Below are positions 18,061 through 25,777 of a DNA stretch of 25,777 nt, piece by piece. The DNA is from an uncultured Bacillota bacterium. Its GTDB lineage: Bacteria; Sysuimicrobiota; Sysuimicrobiia; Sysuimicrobiales; Segetimicrobiaceae. Each line of letters begins with the position of its first letter. The stretch's first letter is position 1. Where the stretch lies: the NCBI GenBank assembly GCA_963804645.1, contig CAWDRG010000014.1, positions 1 to 25,777 on the forward strand, written 5' to 3'. The notes beneath the pieces were generated by a model. The model ran no database searches. It was not told the origin of the DNA and saw nothing but the letters and a program-made list of their open reading frames with translations. The position numbers and the translations under genes were made by a program.

Positions 18061-18785
18061 CGCGGCCCCGTGCTGGGAGCTCCGAATAGGCCCGACGAAG
18101 CAAGGATGTGCCCCGCCGCGTCGGTCACGATGAAGATGTCGTCACTATCATCCGTTTCGCCCCCCACCCCATCGTCGTCCCCCTCCGAGTCGACGAAGTA
18201 GAGGCGATAGCTATTGTCATAGATCGCGTGCTGGGTGGAATCGTCCCGGAGGTTGTACAGCGTCATCTCCACCGTCGTCGGCGAGGCGGGGCGGATCATC
18301 AGCTGGAACCCCGTGAGCGCCCGCTCGGCGTCGGCTGATGGCGAGCCGGGATACAGCTGGTACGCAAAACGGGCGTACCACGTTTGCGACAGCAGAGGCC
18401 CGCTGCCTGGGCTCGCGGAGGCGCGAGCCGCAGCCCCCGACGGCGTGGGAGGAGGAGCCAGCGGTCGAACCCCGGTCTCCCGCCGGGTCGACCCCGCCGG
18501 CGCCGCCTCGGAGGTGGACACCGCACGGAACGTTCGCGGCGTTGGTGCGCGCGGTTCCCCCCGCTCCGATTTCATGGCGGGGGTGGACGGCTCGACGGGG
18601 ATGGCCGCGCGAGGGGTCGCCCCCAAGAGGATTTCGGGGGTGATGCCGCCACCCGCTGACGATGCGGGAGGCTCGACTCCCGGCAGCAGGGTGGATCGCG
18701 GCTGCACAGAATCGCTCGTCAAGGCCAGCGCGAGACCTCCGATCGCAACAAGCACCATGACCGTGATCTTCCCCATCTCCCGCAT
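18057..18785 (-). CDS. Uncharacterised membrane-anchored/exported protein with Asp-rich C-terminal domain, copy 2
   Basis: Hydrophobic N-terminus, P/A/S linker, 'GPLL..WYA..AYQ.YP...RALTGF...RLYF...DDG..GET..SDD.F..TDA.GHI' shared with copy 1. Confidence 0.8.
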   Translation of the reverse strand: MREMGKITVMVLVAIGGLALALTSDSVQPRSTLLPGVEPPASSAGGGITPEILLGATPRAAIPVEPSTPAMKSERGEPRAPTPRTFRAVSTSEAAPAGSTRRETGVRPLAPPPTPSGAAARASASPGSGPLLSQTWYARFAYQLYPGSPSADAERALTGFQLMIRPASPTTVEMTLYNLRDDSTQHAIYDNSYRLYFVDSEGDDDGVGGETDDSDDIFIVTDAAGHILASSGLFGAPSTGPR

Positions 18786-18866
18786 GCCGCTACTGTTGTG
18801 CCCTGCGTACGGACCTCGACGGACATGGCCGGACCGCATCACGCTCCAGGTATCACGACCTGTCCC

Positions 18867-18898
18867 GTCATCGGGCCGTCATCCCAACCCGTTACGCT
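18867..18898 (+). promoter_or_regulatory. Box F: direct-repeat operator plus -10
   Basis: GTCAT cgggcc GTCAT cccaacccgt TACGCT. Confidence 0.85.
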
Positions 18899-18933
18899 GG
18901 GCACGACTGACAGACGTGAGAGGGGATGGAATC

Positions 18934-19128
18934 CTGAGGACTTCACGCGACGCCGCCGACCTTGTGATCATCGCAGCGCAATTGCGGATCGTCCGAATGC
19001 ACCTGCGGACGTGGCGCACAGTCCAACGCCGCCTTGAGCGGCGCGCACGACTCTACCGATGGGTCCTCGGCGCGCCCCGAACGCTCCATGGATTACGCGC
19101 GGAGAGCGGCGGGCCCCCGGCAGCCTAG
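18934..19128 (+). CDS. Small basic helical protein (about 64 aa), paralogue of the 8845 segment
   Basis: (M)RTSRDAADLVIIAAQLRIVRMHLRTWRTVQRRLERRARLYRWVLGAPRTLHGLRAESGGPPAA*; start inferred (CTG 18934, homologous to TTG 8845) after GAGAGGGG. Confidence 0.5.
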   Translation: MRTSRDAADLVIIAAQLRIVRMHLRTWRTVQRRLERRARLYRWVLGAPRTLHGLRAESGGPPAA

Positions 19129-19203
19129 CGGATCGGCGCTGGGTCTCACGGTGGGACACGGATCATCGCGGGCCACGGAGGCACGCGTCTCCGCGCCGTG
19201 CCT

Positions 19204-19225
19204 GACGCCGCGAACGCGCGGCGTC
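19204..19225. terminator. GC-rich hairpin between convergent genes, possible terminator
   Basis: GACGCCGCG-AACG-CGCGGCGTC, perfect 9-bp stem; no U-tract. Confidence 0.35.
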
Positions 19226-19335
19226 GCGCGGATCCGACGTCTCGGACGCAGGTGATCTGCACTTCTCCAGGGAGGCCCGTATGAGCCGTATCATTCCGCG
19301 CGATGATATCCCGAATGACCGCATACTCTCGGGCC

Positions 19336-20589
19336 CTAGAGAACCAGCCGCAATGCGTCGAGCGACTCGAGGCCCGGTCGAATCTTCGGGAGCCCTTGCA
19401 TTTCATCCACGGACATCGGGGATTGCTTTAGGCCGTGCCCGGTAGACACGATGACCACCGTGTCGTCGGCGTCGATCGTGCCGGCATCTGCCAGGGCGGA
19501 CACCGCGGCCACGGCGACACCGACGCTCGGTTCGACATACAGACCCTCGGTCTCGATGAGGAGTCGCGCGCTGTGCAACAGGACTTCGTCCGCGACGGCA
19601 ACCGCCTGTCCTCCCGATCGACGAACAGCGCGGAGCGTGTAGGTGCCGTCAACGCTGTACCCGACCAGAGGATCGCGAATGCCCATCGCAACGGTGTGCG
19701 GGGACTCCCACGGCTCGACCGTATCTGCGTTCTGGACAAACGCGCGCGCGATGGGCGCGCATCCAGCCGCCTGTGCGGCCACGAGCTTGGGAAGATGGTC
19801 CACTAACCCCGCGCGCTGCATTTCCGCGAACCCCTTCCCGATCCCCACCAGGAGTGGCCCCGACCCAACCGGGACAATGATCCACGAAGGGCCACGCCAG
19901 CCCAAGGCCGCGGCGATCTCGTAGGCCACGGTCTTGTCGCCCTCGACGGAATAGGGGTTCTCGAACGTCGACGTGACGTTGCACCAGCCGAATTCACTCG
20001 CCGCGGCGTGCGCCAATTCACTGCAGTCGCTGAACGACCCGTCGACGCATACGATCCGAGCGCCGGGGGAAGCGATCTGAAGGAGTTTGGTCACCGGCGT
20101 GTCAGCCGGAACCAGCACTACTGCGCGGATCCCCGCCTTCGCCGCGTATGCGGCCATCGAGGCTGCGGCATTTCCGGTAGACGCCGTCACGACGATGTCG
20201 GTCCCCATCTCACGGGCTTGCGATACGGCAACGCTGATCGGGCGGTCCTTGAACGAGCCTGTCGGCTGCCTGGTTTCGTCCTTCACCCACAGCGACCGGA
20301 GTCCCACGGATCTCCCAAGCCGCTCTGCCTTGAGGAGAGGGGTCTGTCCCTCGCCCAGCGTGACCATATATCCCGGCGACACCGGGAGAAGATCTCGATA
20401 TACCCACATGCCGTCAGCACGGGTGCCCGAGGTCCCTTCGAACGAAGCGTGTCCGATCTTCGAATAATCGTAGTCGATGTCAAGCGGCCCCTCGCAGACG
20501 TCACAGCGGTAGATTCGACCAAGGCTGACGCGCTTGCCGCACATCGAGCAAGTCGCACTGATCGCAAGCGTGTGCCCTTCGGTGATCAT
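19336..20589 (-). CDS. thrC: Threonine synthase-like PLP enzyme (fold type II)
   Basis: N-terminal CxxC...CxxC; 'LGEGQTPL'; PLP Lys in 'KDETRQPTGSFKDR'; 'ASTGNAAAS'; 'EGDKTVAYEI'; 'VPVGSG'; 'TGHGLK'. Confidence 0.9.
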   Translation of the reverse strand: MITEGHTLAISATCSMCGKRVSLGRIYRCDVCEGPLDIDYDYSKIGHASFEGTSGTRADGMWVYRDLLPVSPGYMVTLGEGQTPLLKAERLGRSVGLRSLWVKDETRQPTGSFKDRPISVAVSQAREMGTDIVVTASTGNAAASMAAYAAKAGIRAVVLVPADTPVTKLLQIASPGARIVCVDGSFSDCSELAHAAASEFGWCNVTSTFENPYSVEGDKTVAYEIAAALGWRGPSWIIVPVGSGPLLVGIGKGFAEMQRAGLVDHLPKLVAAQAAGCAPIARAFVQNADTVEPWESPHTVAMGIRDPLVGYSVDGTYTLRAVRRSGGQAVAVADEVLLHSARLLIETEGLYVEPSVGVAVAAVSALADAGTIDADDTVVIVSTGHGLKQSPMSVDEMQGLPKIRPGLESLDALRLVL

Positions 20590-20622
20590 ACGAGGGTTCT
20601 CCTACGCGGCGCGGCAATCGCG

Positions 20623-21384
20623 CTACAGGACTCCTTGGAAGCGCCTCAAGAATGCCTGAAGCCGCTCTGTCTTTGGATGGCCGAAGACGTCACCGGGTGC
20701 CCCGTCCTCGACAATTACGCCCCCGTCCATGAACGCGATCCGGCTGGCGACCTCCCGAACAAACAGCATTTCGTGCGAGACGACGAGCATCGTCTGGCCG
20801 CTCCGCGCCAGATCCTGCATGACGGTCAGCACTTCACCCACGAGCTCCGGATCGAGCGCGGATGTCACCTCATCGAACAGCATCACCTTCGGTTGCATCG
20901 CGATCGCCCTGGCAATGGCCACCCGTTGCTGCTGGCCACCGGACAGCTGATACGGAAACGCCCCAGCTTTGTCGGCGAGCCCGACCCGTTCAAGCCAGGT
21001 AGCGGCGATACGCCGGGCCTCCGGCCGCGGCTTCCGTTGCACATGCACCAGTCCCAGCGCAACATTGTCCAACGCGGTCATGTGGGGGAACAAGTTGTAG
21101 CTCTGAAATACGACCCCCATCTTTGCGCGCTGCCGCGCGATTCGCGCCTCAGGAAGCCGGACGAGCCGTCCATTGGTCTCACGGTAACCAACGATCTCAT
21201 CGTCCACGTACACCCGTCCCTGCTCATACTCCTCGAGGGCATTCACACAGCGCAACACCGTGGTCTTCCCCGACCCCGATGCGCCGATCAAGGCGACCAC
21301 TTGACCTGCGTGCACGTCAAGCGAGACTCCGCGAAGTACCTCGAGCGTACCGAAGCGTTTGTGCAGGTCCTGAATCCTCACCAC
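20623..21384 (-). CDS. Polar amino acid ABC transporter ATP-binding protein
   Basis: Walker [23 protein letters not shown], '[17 protein letters not shown]'; start approximate. Confidence 0.95.
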   Translation of the reverse strand: MVRIQDLHKRFGTLEVLRGVSLDVHAGQVVALIGASGSGKTTVLRCVNALEEYEQGRVYVDDEIVGYRETNGRLVRLPEARIARQRAKMGVVFQSYNLFPHMTALDNVALGLVHVQRKPRPEARRIAATWLERVGLADKAGAFPYQLSGGQQQRVAIARAIAMQPKVMLFDEVTSALDPELVGEVLTVMQDLARSGQTMLVVSHEMLFVREVASRIAFMDGGVIVEDGAPGDVFGHPKTERLQAFLRRFQGVL

Positions 21385-21413
21385 AGGTTGCGCGACGATG
21401 GTTTCGGCCCCCG

Positions 21414-22064
21414 TCAGTATCGTAGATAGGCGAACTTCCGCTCCAGGACCACGGAGGTTCGCGACAAGGTGAAGTTGACCGCGAAGTAGAGCAACGCCGT
21501 CAGCACATAGAATGGGATGACGATAAACGTAGCACCGACGACGTTTTGCATGGCGAGCAGTAACTCGCCGACTCCAAGGAGAGACAGCAGCGCCGATCCT
21601 CGGACGATCCCGACCGCCTCGTTCACCCACGGTGGCAGCATGCGGCGAACCGCCTGAGGCAAGATCACCAAGCGCAACCGCTGCCAGAACGTCAACCCGA
21701 TGGCCAGCGCCGCGTCGGACTGAGCCCGCGGAATCGACTCAATGCCGCCGCGCACGATCTCCGCAACGTGGGCGGCAGCGAACGCGCTCAGGGCCGTAAT
21801 GCCGGCAGCCACCGCGGACAGCTTGAGCCCGACGGCCGGCAGGCCGAAGTAACATGCGAAGATGAGCACGAGCAATGGGATGCCCCGTATCGTGTCGATG
21901 TACACCCGCGCCAGGAGACGCAGCATACGAGGACCAAACATCAGAAGTACGCCCAGCAGAAATCCGAGGGACGAGGCCAGCACGAGCACGATGCCGGACA
22001 CTTCCACCGTCACGCTCAGGCCGCGCAGAAGCTGCGGCAATTCGGCGAGCATCTGCTGCGTCAT
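21414..22064 (-). CDS. Polar amino acid ABC transporter permease
   Basis: '[12 protein letters not shown]', '[12 protein letters not shown]', '[13 protein letters not shown]'. Confidence 0.93.
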   Translation of the reverse strand: MTQQMLAELPQLLRGLSVTVEVSGIVLVLASSLGFLLGVLLMFGPRMLRLLARVYIDTIRGIPLLVLIFACYFGLPAVGLKLSAVAAGITALSAFAAAHVAEIVRGGIESIPRAQSDAALAIGLTFWQRLRLVILPQAVRRMLPPWVNEAVGIVRGSALLSLLGVGELLLAMQNVVGATFIVIPFYVLTALLYFAVNFTLSRTSVVLERKFAYLRY

Positions 22065-22065
22065 C

Positions 22066-22734
22066 TTACCGGATGACGGCGTACCTGCGCTCAACGCTGC
22101 GCAGCGTCATGATGATCCCGTAGCCGGACACCAGGTACAGGACCGTCGCGAACGTCCATGCCTCAATGACGCGAAACGTATCGAGGTTCAGCCGCATGGC
22201 CGCGTACGTGAGCTCCGGCACTCCCAAGACTGACGCCAACGATGTGTCCTTAAACAGTGACACAAAGGTATTGCCCAGTGACGGCAGTACAATCCGTAGC
22301 GTCAGCGGAAGGGTCACGAGACGCGTGCGTTGCCAGGGACTCAGCCCGACCGCCCTGGCGGCCTCAGCGTACCCCGAGGGCACCGACCCGATCCCCGCGC
22401 GAAACACCTCGGTGAGATTCGCGCCGCCGTAGGCCGACAATGCCGCCACGAAGGACCAGACGTTGTCGAGCGCACTGATGCCCACCTTGGGCAATCCGTA
22501 GAATGCGAAATAGACCAGAAGCAGCAACGGGATGTTCCGGATAAATTCCACATAGGACGTCAGCAACAGACGAACCCACCGCGGGCCGGTTGTGAGTCCG
22601 AGCGCACCGATGACCCCAATTCCGGTGCCGATCAGGAGCGATACGGCGGCCAGTCCCAGCCCGAGCACCAGCCCTCGATAGAACTGGGGAAAGTACTGCC
22701 ACGCGATCGTCCAGTTGAAATGATAATTGCTCAC
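22066..22734 (-). CDS. Polar amino acid ABC transporter permease
   Basis: 'YVEFIRNIPLL', 'EVFRAGIGSVP..YAEAARAVGL', 'FKDTSLAS'; GTG start just after the binding-protein stop. Confidence 0.93.
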   Translation of the reverse strand: MSNYHFNWTIAWQYFPQFYRGLVLGLGLAAVSLLIGTGIGVIGALGLTTGPRWVRLLLTSYVEFIRNIPLLLLVYFAFYGLPKVGISALDNVWSFVAALSAYGGANLTEVFRAGIGSVPSGYAEAARAVGLSPWQRTRLVTLPLTLRIVLPSLGNTFVSLFKDTSLASVLGVPELTYAAMRLNLDTFRVIEAWTFATVLYLVSGYGIIMTLRSVERRYAVIR

Positions 22735-22745
22735 AGGCTCGACGG

Positions 22746-23732
22746 TTACTGGGTGCGAATCAGGCCCAGCGCCTGATCCATGCGCACCTCGATGGGAAAC
22801 CCGATCGGTGGAGACGGCAGATTGATGCCAAAATAGGTCTTGTAATTCTGTTGATAGTAGGGCCATCCAAGCCCACCCATCGCATCCTCCAACACGGTGT
22901 TCACGAAATTAAGCCAGACGGGGTCACCGGGCTTGACCGCTGCCGCGTACAAGTTGCCGAACCAGTAATGACCGGCATCCTTGTACTTGTCGAAGTACCG
23001 AGTGCTTAGCCAGCGGATCTGTCCGGAACCAACGCACGCGACGTCAGCCCGACCCGAGTCGACGGCCTGAATGACGTTGGCAATACTGTCCAGCTGCACC
23101 ACCTGCGCTTTGGGCAGGCCGTCGTGCACCTGTTGCTCCGCAAACGCGTTTTGGATCACTGAGGCTTTGACCGCGGCCCCGGCCGCAAGCAGTCCGTTGA
23201 AATCCCGGAAGCGGCTGTTCTTAGGCATGAGGAGGCCGACGCCCTCACGATAGTACGGCGTGGTGAACTCGACTTGCTGTGCCCGAGGGCCCGTGATGGT
23301 CATGAACTGGATGCAGAGATCAACCTTATCAGTCAGCAGGCTCGGAACGCGGGCGTCAGCCCCCTGCACTTGGAACTGTACCTTGCTGACGTCGTTGAAC
23401 AGAGCTTGCGCGACGAGATGGCCCAACGCGACATCAAAACCGGCCATGGCCCCCTTGTCGTCTGTAAAGTGCCACGGCGGATTGCCGGTGCCGGTCCCAA
23501 CGACAAGTGTCTTGCGATCGAGCACATCGTAGAGACGACTCTTCCCGCCCGGCTGTTGCGCCGCCGCAGCCGCCGCGAATGCTTGCGAGGCCACTGCTCC
23601 GACCCCAGCCGCCGCGGCTAGACGTAGCACCCCTCCCGCCAATGTGGTCTTGGCGGACGTCGTGATCAGGTCTCGCCGCGATATCGGTTCGCGCTCTGCG
23701 GTACCTTCCCCCACGGGCTTGTCTGCCTGCAT
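22746..23732 (-). CDS. Amino acid ABC transporter substrate-binding protein (family 3) with probable Tat signal
   Basis: 'SRRDLI' twin-arginine followed by an Ala-rich h-region; 'GFDVALG', 'LLTDKVD', 'TITGPRAQQVEFTTPYY'. Confidence 0.92.
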   Translation of the reverse strand: MQADKPVGEGTAEREPISRRDLITTSAKTTLAGGVLRLAAAAGVGAVASQAFAAAAAAQQPGGKSRLYDVLDRKTLVVGTGTGNPPWHFTDDKGAMAGFDVALGHLVAQALFNDVSKVQFQVQGADARVPSLLTDKVDLCIQFMTITGPRAQQVEFTTPYYREGVGLLMPKNSRFRDFNGLLAAGAAVKASVIQNAFAEQQVHDGLPKAQVVQLDSIANVIQAVDSGRADVACVGSGQIRWLSTRYFDKYKDAGHYWFGNLYAAAVKPGDPVWLNFVNTVLEDAMGGLGWPYYQQNYKTYFGINLPSPPIGFPIEVRMDQALGLIRTQ

Positions 23733-23762
23733 CGTCTCACCCCACATCCAGCAGATTGTGAA

Positions 23763-25469
23763 TCAGTCAGCCTTTCGCGGAACCGGAATATCCTCAGCCC
23801 AAAAATACTGGTCACCGACGCATACGAGCGCCTTGGGATCCGTTTGCTGGAGCGCCGCAAGCGTGGTCTCCCGCACCGCGCCCGCCGACGCACCGGCACC
23901 GCAGTCGGCCGCCTCCTGTGGGGTTAGAAATGCCAGGATCGTCTCGCCCACGGCGACCGTCCAGCAGTGGGTGCGGGGATCCAATGCCGAGTCCTGCGCA
24001 TCTCCGGCATGACCGGTCGCGTCCGACCACGCATAGGCACGAGTCCGCTCAGGCGATGCGCCATGCTCACGTAAGAACTCGAGCAGCGCCCGATTCAATG
24101 ACTCCGCCACCGATCGATGTGCGTCGATGACGTTACCGGCCTGACCGGGATCCTCACGCAAATAATAGAGTTCGGACTGCCTCGACCCCGCCGGGTGACA
24201 GATCAGACTCCATTCGTCGGTTGTGACGGTCAGGGGCTCGGAGATCCCGTCAATCCCCACCCAACCATCGAAGGTCATGGCCGCGTTCTGCTTCCGGACC
24301 CGTCCCGGTCCCTGAAAGCTCGTCTGGCGCGAGAATCGCCCTGAAAACGCGTACTCGTGGACACTGGCCGCCGTGCCGTCGATGACCGGCCACAGCGATT
24401 TGCCAACGACCGTCTCGGAAACTGGCACCCTGAGGAAGTCCAGGACCGTCGGAAGAATGTCGCACGGCTGGGCCAGGGCCTGGATGCGTTGCGCCGCCCC
24501 CCGCCCGTCTGGATGGCGAATAATCAGCGGTATCCGGATGCTGGGTTCGTACAGCATCCCCAAGGGACCCGTAGGCTTCCCCAGGAGATCATGCTCGCCG
24601 AACAGATGCCCGTGGTCGCTCAAGTAGATGATTAGCGTGTTCTCACGCAACCCGAGCGCATCGATCCGGTCGAGGAACTGACCGACCCAACGATCAACGA
24701 GCGTCACTTTGGCCGCGTAGAGTGCACGGATATCGTTGAGTTCCTCGTGGGCCAAGTAGTTGACGCGTCCATAGCGTGGATACGTAATGAAATCGCCCCG
24801 ATACGCAGGATCGCGATAGCGCACGAGGTCGTGCGCCGGGGCATCGAAAGGCTCGTGGGGATCCCACATATCGACCCACAGGACAAACTGGTCTCGGGTC
24901 CAGTTGCGCTCTAGCCAGTCCATCGCCGTAGACGTGGTCTTCGCGCACATCCAGTCGCGTTCGTAGACCCGACGCGTCGCATTCAACTGGTAGTTACGCA
25001 AACCCGGCACATTGTGCAGCTTGTACGCGGCCGCGGGGAGTGGAACACTCACGGGGTCGGTCACCCAACGGTCACGATGCTGGCCCCTGACCCAGTCCCA
25101 CCCGGTGAATCCCCGTGTGAAGTTGTATTCATCGTTGGCAAGCGCGGGGGTGTCGAAAATCAGCTCGGTGGTGTATCCGTGGTCTGACAACCACTCGGCA
25201 AAGGTGAGGTCATCCGCCTCGAGCGGTTCCCACCCTCGCGTGGGAAACCCGAACCGTCCGGTAAAAAGGTCGTACCGGGCAGGAATCGTCGGGTACGACC
25301 CGGTGTAGTATCGGTGAAAGCTAATCGACTCGCTGATCAGGCCGTCGAGGTATGGTGTCTCAATAAACGGGCGCCCATCGTGTCCGGGGCGATCCCAGGG
25401 CTGCGGCAGCCCGTACGCGCTGATGTGATCTGCGCGCAGCGTATCGTTCAACAGCACAACGACGTTCAA
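23763..25469 (-). CDS. Sulfatase-like hydrolase (alkaline phosphatase superfamily)
   Basis: 'LNDTLRADH', 'PTIPAR..LFTG', 'DPHEPFDAP', 'IIYLSDHGHLFGEH'; TTG 25469 after GGAG. Confidence 0.92.
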   Translation of the reverse strand: MNVVVLLNDTLRADHISAYGLPQPWDRPGHDGRPFIETPYLDGLISESISFHRYYTGSYPTIPARYDLFTGRFGFPTRGWEPLEADDLTFAEWLSDHGYTTELIFDTPALANDEYNFTRGFTGWDWVRGQHRDRWVTDPVSVPLPAAAYKLHNVPGLRNYQLNATRRVYERDWMCAKTTSTAMDWLERNWTRDQFVLWVDMWDPHEPFDAPAHDLVRYRDPAYRGDFITYPRYGRVNYLAHEELNDIRALYAAKVTLVDRWVGQFLDRIDALGLRENTLIIYLSDHGHLFGEHDLLGKPTGPLGMLYEPSIRIPLIIRHPDGRGAAQRIQALAQPCDILPTVLDFLRVPVSETVVGKSLWPVIDGTAASVHEYAFSGRFSRQTSFQGPGRVRKQNAAMTFDGWVGIDGISEPLTVTTDEWSLICHPAGSRQSELYYLREDPGQAGNVIDAHRSVAESLNRALLEFLREHGASPERTRAYAWSDATGHAGDAQDSALDPRTHCWTVAVGETILAFLTPQEAADCGAGASAGAVRETTLAALQQTDPKALVCVGDQYFWAEDIPVPRKAD

Positions 25470-25777
25470 GCGTATCGACTCCAGACGTTCGTAATGCGAG
25501 TCCACTTCCACCGTCTAGGACAATCCCCTGCTCGCTGTCCACAATGCGGACACGGAGCCCACCTAATCGTGCGAGCCTTTCTGGGTCAGGAGCGACGCTA
25601 CTTCTTCTCAATTATCAATTGCCTTGGATATCTGTGGCACGTCCGGGCGGGCGCCGACTCTCGCCGGCGGAATCGCCGGCTGTACCCAGGTCCGCCACGT
25701 CAACCCGATTTCTACCTGATGAGGTGCCCGCATGTCTCCCACCGCCGCCGCGCCCCGGCTGACCCTTGCCGAAGCTA

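Noticed and set aside
18804..18836. Minus-strand GTCCG..GTCCG-N10-TACGCA before acidic protein copy 2
   Set aside because: Half-sites have two mismatches and a 10-bp period, and the hexamer lacks the final T; too degenerate to call.
8356..18898. The repeated elements as CRISPR, REP or attC-type repeats
   Set aside because: Dispersed, alternately oriented, no regular spacers or palindromic cores, no cas or integrase gene; promoter geometry explains them better.

Overview
High-GC bacterial DNA in two parts. Left part (about 0.3-19.1 kb): an accessory envelope/metal-stress region. Intact genes are a P1B-4 heavy-metal ATPase, an RND pump with adaptor, a cis-prenyltransferase, a PDZ-S41 peptidase, two YceI paralogues, two copies of an uncharacterised exported acidic protein plus DoxX-like membrane protein, a DUF2231-like protein and a low-GC cupin. 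Between them lie many decayed fragments (MerR, histidine-kinase ATPase domain, GT51 transglycosylase, amidohydrolase, S41 5' end, IS630 end). The most striking signal is non-coding: six copies of an exactly spaced element, GTCAT-N6-GTCAT-N10-TAnnnT (OmpR/PhoB-like direct repeat plus -10 box). They form three back-to-back (-/+) pairs and head most transcription units from 3 to 19 kb. No cognate regulator is intact in the window. The box-headed units include a sigma-region-4-only protein and two small ORFs resembling an isolated MerR dimerisation helix. Right part (19.3-25.5 kb, minus strand): a compact operon with a Thr-nucleophile sulfatase-like enzyme, a polar amino acid ABC transporter and a threonine synthase-like PLP enzyme. 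No rRNA, tRNA or CRISPR array was recognised. All calls come from motif reading by eye; no database searches were run.
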